This document shows, piece after piece, positions 9,781 through 20,284 of a stretch of DNA of 63,723 bases. The position numbers and the translations under genes were made by a program. This DNA comes from Bacteroidales bacterium (GTDB lineage Bacteria; Bacteroidota; Bacteroidia; Bacteroidales; VadinHA17). The notes beneath the pieces were generated by a model that worked only from the letters and a program-made list of their open reading frames with translations, ran no database searches and was not told the DNA's origin. The DNA lies in the NCBI GenBank assembly GCA_012517605.1, contig JAAYUS010000132.1, positions 1 through 63,723 on the forward strand, given 5' to 3'. Each line of letters starts with the position of its first letter. Within the stretch, counting starts at the first letter, position 1.

Positions 9781-11415
9781 ATGACCAGTAAGTATAAGCT
9801 ATTCATTTTAGTCATTGCTTCAATGACATTACTGCCTTTTTATGCCTTTTCACAAAAGCCGAACGCCGGTGTGAGCCAGATAAACTCAGGAGACCTTGAA
9901 GCTTATATCTCCTTTCTTGCCTCACCCTCTATGAAGGGCAGGTCGAACGGCGAGCCTGAACTCGATATTGCACTTAATTATATAGCTTCCCAGGCAAAGC
10001 TCCTTGGCCTTAAACCGGCCAACGGGGACAGTTACTTCCAGCCGTATATCGTAATGGAGAAAATGATCGACCAGGATAAATCATCAATTAAAATCATCTC
10101 TGAGAGTAATGACTCTGTTACCATAAAAGAACCTATGAGACAGCTTTTCCCTATTGGGGCCGGTGATTTCCAGATCGAGGGAGAGGTTGCATTTGCCGGA
10201 TATGGAATAAGAGCTGAAAAATACAGCTATAACGATCTGGCTGATTTGCAGCTCGAAGGCAGGATCCTGCTAATTATGACAAGATCGCCTCTTTCAGAGG
10301 ACGGAGGCAGGTATATTTTTGAAGAACCTGTCTGGTCATCATTTATGAGCATTCAGGCCAAGCTTACAGGCCTGCTGTTTTCAAAAGCAAAGGCTATTCT
10401 AATCGTACCCGATCCAAAGTCGGGGTTTTTATCAATCGACCAGCAATATCCCGGAATTGCGAATGAATTGAGGTCAAGCAAATATCTGAAAGGTACAAAA
10501 CCAATGATCATGGATATGCCCGCAATGCCCAGGATAATCTTTGTACACAGGTCTGTTGCAGATGAACTGCTTAAAGGAACAGGACATACTCTCGATCAGC
10601 TCCAGAAAGATATAGATTCGAACCTGAAGCCAAAATCTTTCAATATCACCGGCAGGAGGTTGAAAATAACCGAAGCATCAATGACCAGGGAGGTCACCCT
10701 TAATAACATCGCCGCACTGATTGAAGGAAGCGACCCTGTCCTAAAAAAGGAATTAGTGGTTTTTTCGGGCCATGCTGACCACATCGGAGTAACAGGCAAT
10801 GGAATTAATCCGGGTGCCGACGATGATGCATCCGGGTGTGCAGCAATACTCGAAATAGCTCAGGCTTTTCAGAGCCTGGATAAAAAGCCCCTTAGATCTC
10901 TGCTGTTTCTTTGGGTCACGGGTGAGGAGATAGGGCTTTTCGGTTCTCAGTCGTATGTGAATAACCCTCTTTTTCCGCTCGAAAATACAGTAGCAGACCT
11001 TAATATTGATATGATAGGAAGGGTTAAAGGGGTTGCTGACACTACTTCCGAAACACCAATGACAGGGCCCGACAGAGTGTTTGTAATAACCGGCAACCAG
11101 AGCAAAGATCTGGTAAAGATCGCCAACGATGTCGACGGGAAATACCCTTTGGATATCGATTACAGTCTAAGCGGGAGGAATCATCCGCTTCAGCTCTTTT
11201 CACGAAGCGATCATTATAATTTTGTAAAAAAAGATATCCCAATTCTTTTCTTTTCAACCGGCCTTCATACTGATTATCATCAACCGGGCGATGTTGCTGA
11301 AAAGATCGATTTCAAAAAGATGGAGACCATCACCAGGATGATCTATGATATAGGTTATACGGTTGCAAACAGAAAACCAAGGATAGTTGTTGACAATCCA
11401 TACAGCAAGTGGTAG
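9781..11415 (+). CDS. M28-family zinc aminopeptidase with PA-like insert, secreted
   Basis: Signal peptide. Metal ligand motifs GHADHIG, ADDDASG, TGEEIGLFGS and DMIG, plus a late ..LHTDYHQPGD. Confidence 0.85.
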   Translation: MTSKYKLFILVIASMTLLPFYAFSQKPNAGVSQINSGDLEAYISFLASPSMKGRSNGEPELDIALNYIASQAKLLGLKPANGDSYFQPYIVMEKMIDQDKSSIKIISESNDSVTIKEPMRQLFPIGAGDFQIEGEVAFAGYGIRAEKYSYNDLADLQLEGRILLIMTRSPLSEDGGRYIFEEPVWSSFMSIQAKLTGLLFSKAKAILIVPDPKSGFLSIDQQYPGIANELRSSKYLKGTKPMIMDMPAMPRIIFVHRSVADELLKGTGHTLDQLQKDIDSNLKPKSFNITGRRLKITEASMTREVTLNNIAALIEGSDPVLKKELVVFSGHADHIGVTGNGINPGADDDASGCAAILEIAQAFQSLDKKPLRSLLFLWVTGEEIGLFGSQSYVNNPLFPLENTVADLNIDMIGRVKGVADTTSETPMTGPDRVFVITGNQSKDLVKIANDVDGKYPLDIDYSLSGRNHPLQLFSRSDHYNFVKKDIPILFFSTGLHTDYHQPGDVAEKIDFKKMETITRMIYDIGYTVANRKPRIVVDNPYSKW

Positions 11416-11445
11416 CTGTCAGCATCATGGTTGATTGTTATTTCG

Positions 11446-12783
11446 TTAACAATCAGCGTTTGCTTGCTGGTGAAAAAGACCGGAATTCAGATAGGATAAA
11501 GCATCCGCAACAATGAATGTACTTCCTCCGATGAATATCAGGTCTGACAGGGAAGAATTCTGACGAGCTGACCTTATTGCAGAAGCGACATCACCAAACG
11601 ATTCTCCTTTCAAACCACATTTATGCGCCTTCTCCTTCAGTTCTTTTGAGTCAAGGGCCCTGGGGACTGAAGCCTTTGTAAAATAATATTTTGCATCAGC
11701 CGGAAACAACGGAAGTACAGGACCCAGATCCTTGTCATTTACAAATCCGATCACAAAATGGGTTTCTCCCTTTTTGATCTTTCTTAGCTGTTCAAGTACA
11801 TAGCTTATCCCTTCACGGTTATGGCCGGTGTCACATATCATAAGGGGATCCCTGCCTATAATCTGCCACCGGCCCATCAGCCCCGTATTCCGGGTGACTT
11901 TCCTGATGCCATTGGCAAGATTGTCATCTGATAACGGAAACATACCTTTAAGGATCTGAAAACTCTGAAATACAGTCTGGATGTTTTTTTTCTGATAGTC
12001 ACCCTTAAGCCCCACGCTGCCTTTAATCCTCCTGCCTCCCGGTGATTCAGTTATCTCATAATTTCTTGATTCACTGCTGTAATCAGGCTCATCAAGAGTG
12101 CATTTATAATTCTGATCTGCAAAGAAGACTGGTGAATCTGTTTCCCTTGCTTTCGCTATAAAAACATTTTTTGTCTGCTCCTGTGTCTCTCCAATTACGG
12201 CAGGTATCCGGCTTTTTATAATTCCTGCCTTTTCCCATGCCACCTTTTCGAGAGTATCACCGAGAAGATCCATATGATCGTGGCCGATATTCGTAATTAC
12301 AGAAAGAACCGGCATTATTATGTTCGTCGAGTCGAGTCTTCCTCCAAGTCCCACCTCTATTACAGCAACATCCACATTCTCCCTGGCGAAATAGTCAAAG
12401 GCCATTGCAACAGTCATTTCAAAGAATGAAGGCTTTATTCTTCCGATGATTCCTGAATGCTTCCTGATAAAATTTATTACATTCTGCTTGGGGATCATTG
12501 CCCCGTTTACCTTTATCCTCTCCCTGAAATCCATGAGATGAGGTGAAGTATACAGGCCTGTTTTCAGGCCGGCCTCCATAAGAACAGAGGCTGTCATATG
12601 TGATACTGAACCTTTCCCATTAGTCCCGCCAATGTGGATTGTTCTGTAATTCCTGTGAGGTGCTCCGAGATAATTGTCGAAAACAATGGTGTTTGAAAGG
12701 TCGCTTTTATATGCTGCCTTTCCTATCCTGTGATAGGCAGGCAGCTGGTTGTAGAGAAACTGCAGTGTCTCCTCGTAATTCAT
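11446..12783 (-). CDS. folC: Bifunctional folylpolyglutamate synthase / dihydrofolate synthase
   Basis: Mur-ligase fold with P-loop GGTNGKGS. Also TSPHL..F.ERI and ..EVGLGGRLDSTN. Confidence 0.9.
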   Translation of the reverse strand: MNYEETLQFLYNQLPAYHRIGKAAYKSDLSNTIVFDNYLGAPHRNYRTIHIGGTNGKGSVSHMTASVLMEAGLKTGLYTSPHLMDFRERIKVNGAMIPKQNVINFIRKHSGIIGRIKPSFFEMTVAMAFDYFARENVDVAVIEVGLGGRLDSTNIIMPVLSVITNIGHDHMDLLGDTLEKVAWEKAGIIKSRIPAVIGETQEQTKNVFIAKARETDSPVFFADQNYKCTLDEPDYSSESRNYEITESPGGRRIKGSVGLKGDYQKKNIQTVFQSFQILKGMFPLSDDNLANGIRKVTRNTGLMGRWQIIGRDPLMICDTGHNREGISYVLEQLRKIKKGETHFVIGFVNDKDLGPVLPLFPADAKYYFTKASVPRALDSKELKEKAHKCGLKGESFGDVASAIRSARQNSSLSDLIFIGGSTFIVADALSYLNSGLFHQQANADC

Positions 12784-12962
12784 CGGTGGGAAAATTATAA
12801 CAAAAGTACTAAAGGCAAATGAAATGCTTTAATGCCTTAATATTACAAATTAACATACTTTCAACAGATGTAGCAATGATTCCTTATTTTAGTTAATTTT
12901 GCGGATTATTGCGGTCACTATTTTCAATGAATATATTTTATTGATATTAAATTACTTAGATA

Positions 12963-14297
12963 ATGAGGAAGAAACACAATAAAAAGCTTTTCATAATTGA
13001 CACAAATGTTCTCCTGCATGATTATAAATGTATTTACAATTTTGAGGAAAATGATGTAATAATTCCGATAGTAGTGCTTGAAGAGCTCGACAAATTCAAG
13101 AAAGGCAACGACATAATCAACTTTCATGCCAGGGAATTCACAAGGGAGCTTGACAAGCTTTCAGGCGACATGCTTCTCACGGCAAACATACCTCTCGGGG
13201 AAAACCTTGGCAATCTTCATATTGAGACCGGCCGTGATTTCTCGGAGAAGGTAAGCCAGTCGTTTGCTGAAAGAACTCCCGATCACAGGATACTGGCAAT
13301 TGCCGACTATGTCTGCACAATGAACAAGGATAAGACAGTGGTTCTTATTTCCAAGGATATAAACCTGAGGATGAAGGCAAAATCACTGGGAATTATGGCC
13401 CAGGATTACCAGAACGACAAGGTGGCAAATATTGATGACCTGTATAAAGGCATCAGGATTATTGAAGGTGTCGATCATGGACTTATCAGCAAATTATATG
13501 AAGTACCTGAAGGAGTGAATTCTGCCGAATTCAATCTCGAGCCAGATCTGAAGGGGCATCAGTTCTTTATAATGAGAAACAGCGGAGCAAGCGCCCTTGC
13601 TCATTATAATCCCGTTAACAAAATGCTTAACAGGGTCATCAAGCAGACCACATATGGCATCGACCCGCGCAACGCCGAACAGACATTTGCCCTTGACGCA
13701 CTTACAAATCCGGATATTCAGCTTGTCTCCCTTACCGGCAAGGCAGGTACCGGGAAAACACTCCTGGCCCTGGCAGCAGCACTTCAGCAATATAAAAGGT
13801 ACAAGCAGATATTCCTTGCAAGACCAATTGTTCCCCTTGCAAACCGCGATCTGGGCTTTCTCCCCGGCGATGTGAAGGAAAAAATGGATCCTTACATGCA
13901 GCCTCTTTATGACAATCTTACTGTCATTAAACACAAGTTCAGCCATCAGAGTCCTGAATTCCTTAGGATAAACGATATGGTAAAGGAAGAAAAACTTGTT
14001 ATCACCCCACTTGCATATATCAGGGGAAGGAGCCTCTCGAGCATCTTTTTCATAGTCGATGAAGCACAGAACCTTACTCCGCATGAGATAAAAACTATCA
14101 TAACCCGGGCCGGAGAGGGGACAAAGATGGTTTTCACCGGCGATATTGAGCAGATCGATTCACCATACCTCGACACTGCTTCGAACGGATTAAGCTACCT
14201 CTCCGATAAGATGAAAGATCAGGATATATTTGCCCATGTCAACCTTGTCAAGGGTGAAAGAAGCTTCCTGGCTGAGCTTGCCAGCAAACTCCTTTAG
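12963..14297 (+). CDS. PhoH-family ATPase with N-terminal PIN domain (YlaK-like)
   Basis: N-terminal PIN-like FIIDTNVLLHD. Walker A GKAGTGKT. Also IVDEAQNL and GD..Q.D. Confidence 0.9.
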   Translation: MRKKHNKKLFIIDTNVLLHDYKCIYNFEENDVIIPIVVLEELDKFKKGNDIINFHAREFTRELDKLSGDMLLTANIPLGENLGNLHIETGRDFSEKVSQSFAERTPDHRILAIADYVCTMNKDKTVVLISKDINLRMKAKSLGIMAQDYQNDKVANIDDLYKGIRIIEGVDHGLISKLYEVPEGVNSAEFNLEPDLKGHQFFIMRNSGASALAHYNPVNKMLNRVIKQTTYGIDPRNAEQTFALDALTNPDIQLVSLTGKAGTGKTLLALAAALQQYKRYKQIFLARPIVPLANRDLGFLPGDVKEKMDPYMQPLYDNLTVIKHKFSHQSPEFLRINDMVKEEKLVITPLAYIRGRSLSSIFFIVDEAQNLTPHEIKTIITRAGEGTKMVFTGDIEQIDSPYLDTASNGLSYLSDKMKDQDIFAHVNLVKGERSFLAELASKLL

Positions 14298-14340
14298 CAG
14301 AAAAGAATTTCGATTTTATAAAAACCAAAAATTAAAAACC

Positions 14341-15039
14341 ATGAGGACAAGAACTTTTCTTTTGATCATACTGTTATCAGCCGTAATGGCAGGCTCCCCA
14401 GATACAGTTTACGGGCAGAAAAGACAAAAAGCCAATTCAAAAAGTATGACTGCCAGGACTGATAAAAATACAATCCGTTTGTTCAACGGGAAAGACCTTG
14501 CCAACTGGGTTTTTCATCTTAAAGATCCGTCAGTCGACCCTTCCATTGTATTTCAGGTTCAGAACGGCGTTATACATATAAAAGGGGATCCCTTCGGCTA
14601 TATGAGAACCGCTGATCCCTATTCGGAATACATTCTCCACGTTGAATATCGCTGGCCTTCAGAAGCTACGAACAGCGGTATCTTCATTCATGCACTTCCC
14701 CCCGACTCAATCTGGCTGAAGACCTTTGAATGCCAGCTCAAAGCCGGTAATGCAGGAGATTTTGTCTGCATGAGCGGGGCAACAATGAATGAAAAGAAAG
14801 ACAAATCAATTGTTGTGGCAAAAATGGCAGCTTCTTCGGAAAAACCCGTTGGCGAATGGAATACGGTCGAGATAACATGCAAATCGAATACAATTGAAGT
14901 TTCAGTGAACGGCGTGCTCCAGAATAAGGCCACGGGAATCTCCCATTCAAAGGGACATATCTGCCTTCAGAGCGAAGGAAAAGATATTGAATTCAGAAAC
15001 GTATATCTGACAAAACTCCCTCAGGCAAGAAGAAAATGA
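14341..15039 (+). CDS. DUF1080 (3-keto-disaccharide hydrolase-like, concanavalin fold) secreted protein
   Basis: Signal peptide MRTRTFLLIILLSAVMA. Motifs LFNGKDL.NW, NSGIF, E.Q...GNAGDF and I.LQSEG..IEFRN. The longer TTG-started ORF from 14230 overlaps phoH, so the ATG at 14341 is preferred. Confidence 0.75.
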   Translation: MRTRTFLLIILLSAVMAGSPDTVYGQKRQKANSKSMTARTDKNTIRLFNGKDLANWVFHLKDPSVDPSIVFQVQNGVIHIKGDPFGYMRTADPYSEYILHVEYRWPSEATNSGIFIHALPPDSIWLKTFECQLKAGNAGDFVCMSGATMNEKKDKSIVVAKMAASSEKPVGEWNTVEITCKSNTIEVSVNGVLQNKATGISHSKGHICLQSEGKDIEFRNVYLTKLPQARRK

Positions 15040-15086
15040 TCCCGAAAAGGATGTGCCTTGCCTGAATTAATTCAGATAGTCAGATA

Positions 15087-16391
15087 ATGGAGATCACAAA
15101 AAGAAAAGTTGCATTTCATACCCTTGGTTGTAAACTCAATTTTGCCGAGACATCAACTATTTCGAGGTCATTCCCTGAAGACCAGTTTGAAAGGGTCCCC
15201 TCTGGCTCGAAAGCCGATATCTATGTAATAAACACATGCTCGGTTACTGATACTGCTGACCGGAAATGCCGCCAGGCAATTAAGAAATTCATTCATCAGG
15301 CACCGGAAGCCGTTATTGCAGTTGTAGGCTGTTATGCACAACTGAATCCGGATGAAATAGCTTCAATACCCGGAGTCGACCTTGTCCTCGGAACCAGTGA
15401 GAAATTTGATGCTGCAAAATATCTTGAGAATTTTACAAAGAAGGCCTCTCCCGAAATTTATTCATGCGGGCTGAAAATGCCCGATGCCTTTTTCCCTTCC
15501 TTCTCTGCCGGTGACCGGACACGTTCATTCCTGAAAGTTCAGGACGGCTGCGATTATAAATGTTCTTACTGCACAATCCCCGCTGCACGCGGAAAAAGCA
15601 GGAATCAGGACATAAAATCGATCCTTGATGAAGCCGGGAAAATAGCACAGCAAGGGATAAAAGAGATAGTGATCACCGGGGTCAACATCGGTGATTTCGG
15701 GAAAACTACCGGCGACTCTTTTGCTGCACTAATGAGGGAACTTATAAAAGTCGGCGGCATTGAAAGATACAGAATATCATCGATTGAGCCAAACCTTCTT
15801 ACTGATGAACTTCTGGACCTTGCTTCGGAAAGCCCAAGTATACTGCCGCATTTTCACATTCCCCTCCAGAGCGGATCTGACAGGATACTTGGCCTGATGA
15901 GAAGAAGGTATACCAGGGACCTGTTCGCCGACAGGGTAAATGCCGTCAGAAAGAAAATGCCGCTGGCAGGCATAGGAGCTGATGTGATAGTCGGGTTTCC
16001 CGGAGAATCAGATGCCGATTTTGAGGATACATTTTCGTTCCTCAACCAGATGGAACTTTCATATCTTCATGTATTTAATTTTTCGGAAAGACCCGGAACC
16101 CCTGCTGCTTCAATGAAAGAAAAGGTTCCTTTCAGGGTGAGGGAAGAGCGAAGCAAAAGACTGATCGCACTCTCTGATAAAAAACATGAAGAATTCTGCC
16201 GGATGAATATCGGCAGGTACAGCAAAGTATTGTTTGAACATACAAAAAGAAACGGAATGATAACAGGTTTTACGGCCAATTATATCAGCACCGTAATGCC
16301 ATGGGATTCAGGCCTCGCAGGAAATATAAGGACTGTACAGCTTACCGGAATTGATCCTTCCGGAAGAATGACAGCCATAATAACAGAATGA
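15087..16391 (+). CDS. mtaB: tRNA (t6A37) methylthiotransferase MtaB (radical SAM, UPF0004 + TRAM)
   Basis: N-terminal VAFHTLGCKLNFAET. Radical-SAM box CDYKCSYCTIP. Domain order is typical of MiaB/MtaB-type methylthiotransferases. The N-terminus resembles MtaB rather than MiaB/RimO. Confidence 0.75.
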   Translation: MEITKRKVAFHTLGCKLNFAETSTISRSFPEDQFERVPSGSKADIYVINTCSVTDTADRKCRQAIKKFIHQAPEAVIAVVGCYAQLNPDEIASIPGVDLVLGTSEKFDAAKYLENFTKKASPEIYSCGLKMPDAFFPSFSAGDRTRSFLKVQDGCDYKCSYCTIPAARGKSRNQDIKSILDEAGKIAQQGIKEIVITGVNIGDFGKTTGDSFAALMRELIKVGGIERYRISSIEPNLLTDELLDLASESPSILPHFHIPLQSGSDRILGLMRRRYTRDLFADRVNAVRKKMPLAGIGADVIVGFPGESDADFEDTFSFLNQMELSYLHVFNFSERPGTPAASMKEKVPFRVREERSKRLIALSDKKHEEFCRMNIGRYSKVLFEHTKRNGMITGFTANYISTVMPWDSGLAGNIRTVQLTGIDPSGRMTAIITE

Positions 16392-16394
16392 AAA

Positions 16395-17201
16395 ATGACA
16401 GATCTTAAAGAACTTTGTAACGAAATTGTACAGGCTGCAAAGTCAGCTTCTGATTTCATCGTCAGGGAATCGGCTTCATTTAATATAAAGGATACAGAGG
16501 TAAAGGGACTGAACAATTTCGTTACCTATGTCGACAAAGGATCAGAAAAGATCCTTATTGACAAATTAACTCCTCTTATATCTGATGCAGGATTCATCGC
16601 CGAAGAAGGAACATCATCAAAAAGAGGGGCAAAATACAACTGGATAATAGATCCGCTCGACGGCACAACAAATTTTCTTCACGGAGTCAGGCCATATGCA
16701 ATCAGCATCGGGCTAATGGAAGACGATGAGGTGATAGCAGGAGTAGTTCATGAAGCCGGAGGTACTGAGACTTTCACTGCCTGGAAGGATGGAGGCGCCT
16801 GGCTCAACGGCAGGAGAATACATGTATCAGAAACTCCTGCACTTTCAGGTTCACTGGTTGCAACAGGATTTCCCTATAACCTGTTCGACAGGCTCGAACC
16901 ATACATGGCGCTTCTAACCCATCTTGTGACAAGAACCCATGGCGTCAGAAGGCTCGGATCAGCATCCATCGACCTCGCCTATGTTGCCTGTGGCCGCTTT
17001 GATCTCTTCTTTGAATATGATCTCAAAATTTGGGATATCGCAGCCGGGATGCTGCTTGTAAGAGAAGCCGGAGGAAAATTCAGCGATTTCTCAGGAAACA
17101 CCAAAGGACTGACAGGAGATGAGACTCTTGCTTCCAACGCAATAGTTTACAACGAGATCCTTGAGATAATCATGAGCTTTATGAAACCAGGGGAAAAGTG
17201 A
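16395..17201 (+). CDS. Inositol monophosphatase-family phosphatase (SuhB-like)
   Basis: IMPase signatures WIIDPLDGTTNF and ..RRLGSASIDLAYVA.G. Lies 3 nt after mtaB. Confidence 0.85.
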   Translation: MTDLKELCNEIVQAAKSASDFIVRESASFNIKDTEVKGLNNFVTYVDKGSEKILIDKLTPLISDAGFIAEEGTSSKRGAKYNWIIDPLDGTTNFLHGVRPYAISIGLMEDDEVIAGVVHEAGGTETFTAWKDGGAWLNGRRIHVSETPALSGSLVATGFPYNLFDRLEPYMALLTHLVTRTHGVRRLGSASIDLAYVACGRFDLFFEYDLKIWDIAAGMLLVREAGGKFSDFSGNTKGLTGDETLASNAIVYNEILEIIMSFMKPGEK

Positions 17202-17205
17202 TTCT

Positions 17206-18087
17206 ATGAGTGCCCTTCTGTTCTATATATTTTACGGCCTCAATTGGTTTGTTACTCTTCTCCCGCTGAGAGTTCTGTACATCTTTTCAGATATAATGTT
17301 CGTTTTTCTTTACTGGTTCCCTTCTTACCGGAAGAATGTAGTTTTTGAAAACCTCAGGAACTCCTTCCCTGAAAAGTCACCTCAGGAACTGAGGGTGATA
17401 TCCAGGAAATTCTACCATCATTTTGCAGACCAGTTCGTGGAAGTGCTTAAGCTTACCCATATGAGTAACAGCCAGCTGCGCAGGAGGATGAAATTTATAA
17501 ATCCTGAACTTACGGAAAAGATCTGCGATTCGGGACGTGATGTTATTGTTGTGCACAGCCATTACAATAACTGGGAATGGCTGACAGCATCCTATCCGAT
17601 GTACACAAAACACAAAGGCGTTGGAGTATATAAACCATTGCAAGACAAGCATTTCGAAAAGTTCATGAACAAACTCAGGTCGAGGAATAATGCGGCACTG
17701 GCCCCGATGAACATGGTAGTCAGGCAGATTATAAACAACCAGAGAAACAATATCAGAGCACAGTACGGTTTTATTGCAGATCAGACACCTGCAAAAGCTG
17801 AAATTGAATACTATACAACTTTTCTTGGTCAGGAGACCCCTGTATTCCTCGGAATTGAGAAAATCGCACGAAAGTACAACATGGCTGTGGTAATCCTCAA
17901 TGTTGAAAAAATAAAGCGCGGATATTACACTGTGAAGTCGGAACTGCTTTTTGAGAATACTGACGGACTGCCTCAGTACATGGTAACGAATGCCCATGTT
18001 AAAAGACTTGAGGAGATCATCAGAAAAAAACCTGAGCACTGGATATGGACACATCGGCGCTGGAAATACAAAAAATCTGAATTATGA
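17206..18087 (+). CDS. LpxL/HtrB-family (lysophospholipid/lipid A late) acyltransferase
   Basis: N-terminal membrane anchor. HX4E-type box HSHYNNWEW. Length and layout match lauroyl/myristoyl acyltransferases. Confidence 0.7.
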   Translation: MSALLFYIFYGLNWFVTLLPLRVLYIFSDIMFVFLYWFPSYRKNVVFENLRNSFPEKSPQELRVISRKFYHHFADQFVEVLKLTHMSNSQLRRRMKFINPELTEKICDSGRDVIVVHSHYNNWEWLTASYPMYTKHKGVGVYKPLQDKHFEKFMNKLRSRNNAALAPMNMVVRQIINNQRNNIRAQYGFIADQTPAKAEIEYYTTFLGQETPVFLGIEKIARKYNMAVVILNVEKIKRGYYTVKSELLFENTDGLPQYMVTNAHVKRLEEIIRKKPEHWIWTHRRWKYKKSEL

Positions 18088-19106
18088 TCAGGACAGCCGT
18101 TGTAATATTGAACTGGAACGGGCTTTCATGGCTGAAGAGATTTCTTGCAGATGTCATCCGTCTCTCGACTGACGATGAGACAAAGGTTTTTGTAGCAGAT
18201 AATGGATCCGCTGACGGATCATTTGAATGGCTGGCTAAAAATTTCCCGGAAACTGAGCTTATCAGATTTGATACCAACCTTGGATTCGCAGGCGGTTACA
18301 ATGCAGCCCTGAATCAGATAAATGCAAAATATTTTGTCCTGCTCAACTCAGACGTTGAGGTAACGGAAAACTGGCTCAAACCGCTTGTCAGCTTTATGGA
18401 CCGGAATCCCGACGTGGCATCATGCCAGCCAAAGATAAGATCCCTTGCCAAAAGGGAATTTTTTGAATATGCAGGAGCGGCAGGCGGCTATATTGACAAG
18501 TACGGCTATGCCTTTTGCAGGGGACGTATTTTTGATAATGTTGAAAAGGATAACGGACAGTATGATGATCCGGCTGATATATTCTGGTCGACAGGCGCCT
18601 GTATGGTAGTGAGGGCAGCAGCCTGGTCAAAATGCGGGGGATTCGATGAGGATTTTTTTGCACACATGGAAGAAATTGACCTATGCTGGAGATTTCATCT
18701 GTCAGGGCTCCGCGTGGCATATGTTCCAGGATCGGTCGTATATCATGCCGGCGGAGGTGCACTTCCTTACGGGTCAGAACTTAAAACCTACCTCAACTTC
18801 AGGAACAGCCTTTATCTCCTGTATAAAAACCTTCCTGACGAAAAACTGAAGTCAATTCTGTTCAAAAGACGGATCCTTGATGGCATTGCAGCTTTGAGAT
18901 TCCTTTTTACAGGGCATGAAAACCTCAGAGCTATCTGGAAAGCTCACCGTGATTATTACAGGGCAGTGAAATTTTTGAAACCGAAAAGAAGTGTTGTTAA
19001 AAAGTTAACAATTACACAACCCCGGCATGGTATATTGAACAAGAGCATTGTTTTCAGGTTTTATATCCTGAAGGAAAAAATTTTCAGCGACCTGAAATTT
19101 CAATAG
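18084..19106 (+). CDS. Family 2 glycosyltransferase
   Basis: AVVILNWNG...VADNGSADGS...LLNSDVEV. DxD-type EEIDLCWR. The start overlaps the upstream stop (ATGA). Confidence 0.85.
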   Translation: MIRTAVVILNWNGLSWLKRFLADVIRLSTDDETKVFVADNGSADGSFEWLAKNFPETELIRFDTNLGFAGGYNAALNQINAKYFVLLNSDVEVTENWLKPLVSFMDRNPDVASCQPKIRSLAKREFFEYAGAAGGYIDKYGYAFCRGRIFDNVEKDNGQYDDPADIFWSTGACMVVRAAAWSKCGGFDEDFFAHMEEIDLCWRFHLSGLRVAYVPGSVVYHAGGGALPYGSELKTYLNFRNSLYLLYKNLPDEKLKSILFKRRILDGIAALRFLFTGHENLRAIWKAHRDYYRAVKFLKPKRSVVKKLTITQPRHGILNKSIVFRFYILKEKIFSDLKFQ

Positions 19107-19113
19107 AAAGGAA

Positions 19114-20268
19114 ATGAAAAACTACCAGTTAATAATCTTCCTCACAGTTGTTCTCGCTATCTATACGTCCGCAAACGTCTATATATATCTTAAAGGGTAT
19201 AATGCAATAAGCGCCTTTCAGCATAACCGCTTCAGGTATTTTATTGTGTTTCTTTTACTGGCTTCCGCATTTGTTGCAGGTAAGATAATTGAAGCAAGGA
19301 GCTCATCGGTGTTTTCTGACATACTGAACATAATTGGAGGGTTCTGGATGGCTTTCATGCTTTACGGTTTTATTTTTCTCTTTTTATCTGACATTGTTTC
19401 ACTGGCACTAAGGATCACAGGCACTCTGAATCAGGGCAATATTGCAGTTTACCGAAAATGGGCCTTCATTATCACTCTGATTACATCATTTTCCTTAATT
19501 GCTGCAGGATTCATAAATGCTCTGATCCCGGTTACCACAAAATATGACCTGACAATAAATAAACCTGCCGGTGAAATAAAGGAACTGAAAATTGCCGCAG
19601 TATCCGACATACACCTCGGAAGCATAATCAGAAAAAGAAGCATAAGGGAACTTTCCGGGATACTCAGTAACCTCAAGCCTGACCTTGTCCTGCTCCTGGG
19701 GGACATAGTCGATGGCGAAATGGGACCTGTTCTGAGGGACGATCTTCTGCAGTATTTTACATGTCCGAAATGCAATGACGGTCTTTATGCGATTACAGGC
19801 AATCATGAATACATTGGCGGAGCGCAAAGAACTATTCCATATATTGAAGGTAAAGGAATAAGACTCCTCATGGATGAGGTTGTGACAATTGAGGGAGGCA
19901 TTCAGCTGATCGGAAGGCTCGACAGGGATGGAAAGAGGTTTTATGGAAAAGAAAGGAAGCCCCTGAAAGACCTGATTGCAATGGCCGACACAGCAAGACC
20001 CATGATACTTCTTGACCATCAGCCATTTAACCTGGAAGAAACTGAAAAATACGGCATCGATCTTCAACTTTCAGGCCATACTCACAATGGGCAGATGTGG
20101 CCATTGAATTATATCACATCACGTATTTATGAGCTAAGCTACGGTTACATGAAGAAAGGAAATACCCACATCATCGTATCATCGGGATTTGGCATATGGG
20201 GTCCGCGAGTAAGGCTGGGAAGCCGTCCCGAAGTACTGTTTATCACCCTCAGATTCAGAAACGGATAA
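19114..20268 (+). CDS. Membrane-anchored calcineurin-like metallophosphoesterase (YkuE-like)
   Basis: 4-5 N-terminal TM helices followed by SDIHLG, GDIVDG, GNHE and GHTHNGQ. Confidence 0.85.
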   Translation: MKNYQLIIFLTVVLAIYTSANVYIYLKGYNAISAFQHNRFRYFIVFLLLASAFVAGKIIEARSSSVFSDILNIIGGFWMAFMLYGFIFLFLSDIVSLALRITGTLNQGNIAVYRKWAFIITLITSFSLIAAGFINALIPVTTKYDLTINKPAGEIKELKIAAVSDIHLGSIIRKRSIRELSGILSNLKPDLVLLLGDIVDGEMGPVLRDDLLQYFTCPKCNDGLYAITGNHEYIGGAQRTIPYIEGKGIRLLMDEVVTIEGGIQLIGRLDRDGKRFYGKERKPLKDLIAMADTARPMILLDHQPFNLEETEKYGIDLQLSGHTHNGQMWPLNYITSRIYELSYGYMKKGNTHIIVSSGFGIWGPRVRLGSRPEVLFITLRFRNG

Positions 20269-20284
20269 GAAGGCAAAATGAATA

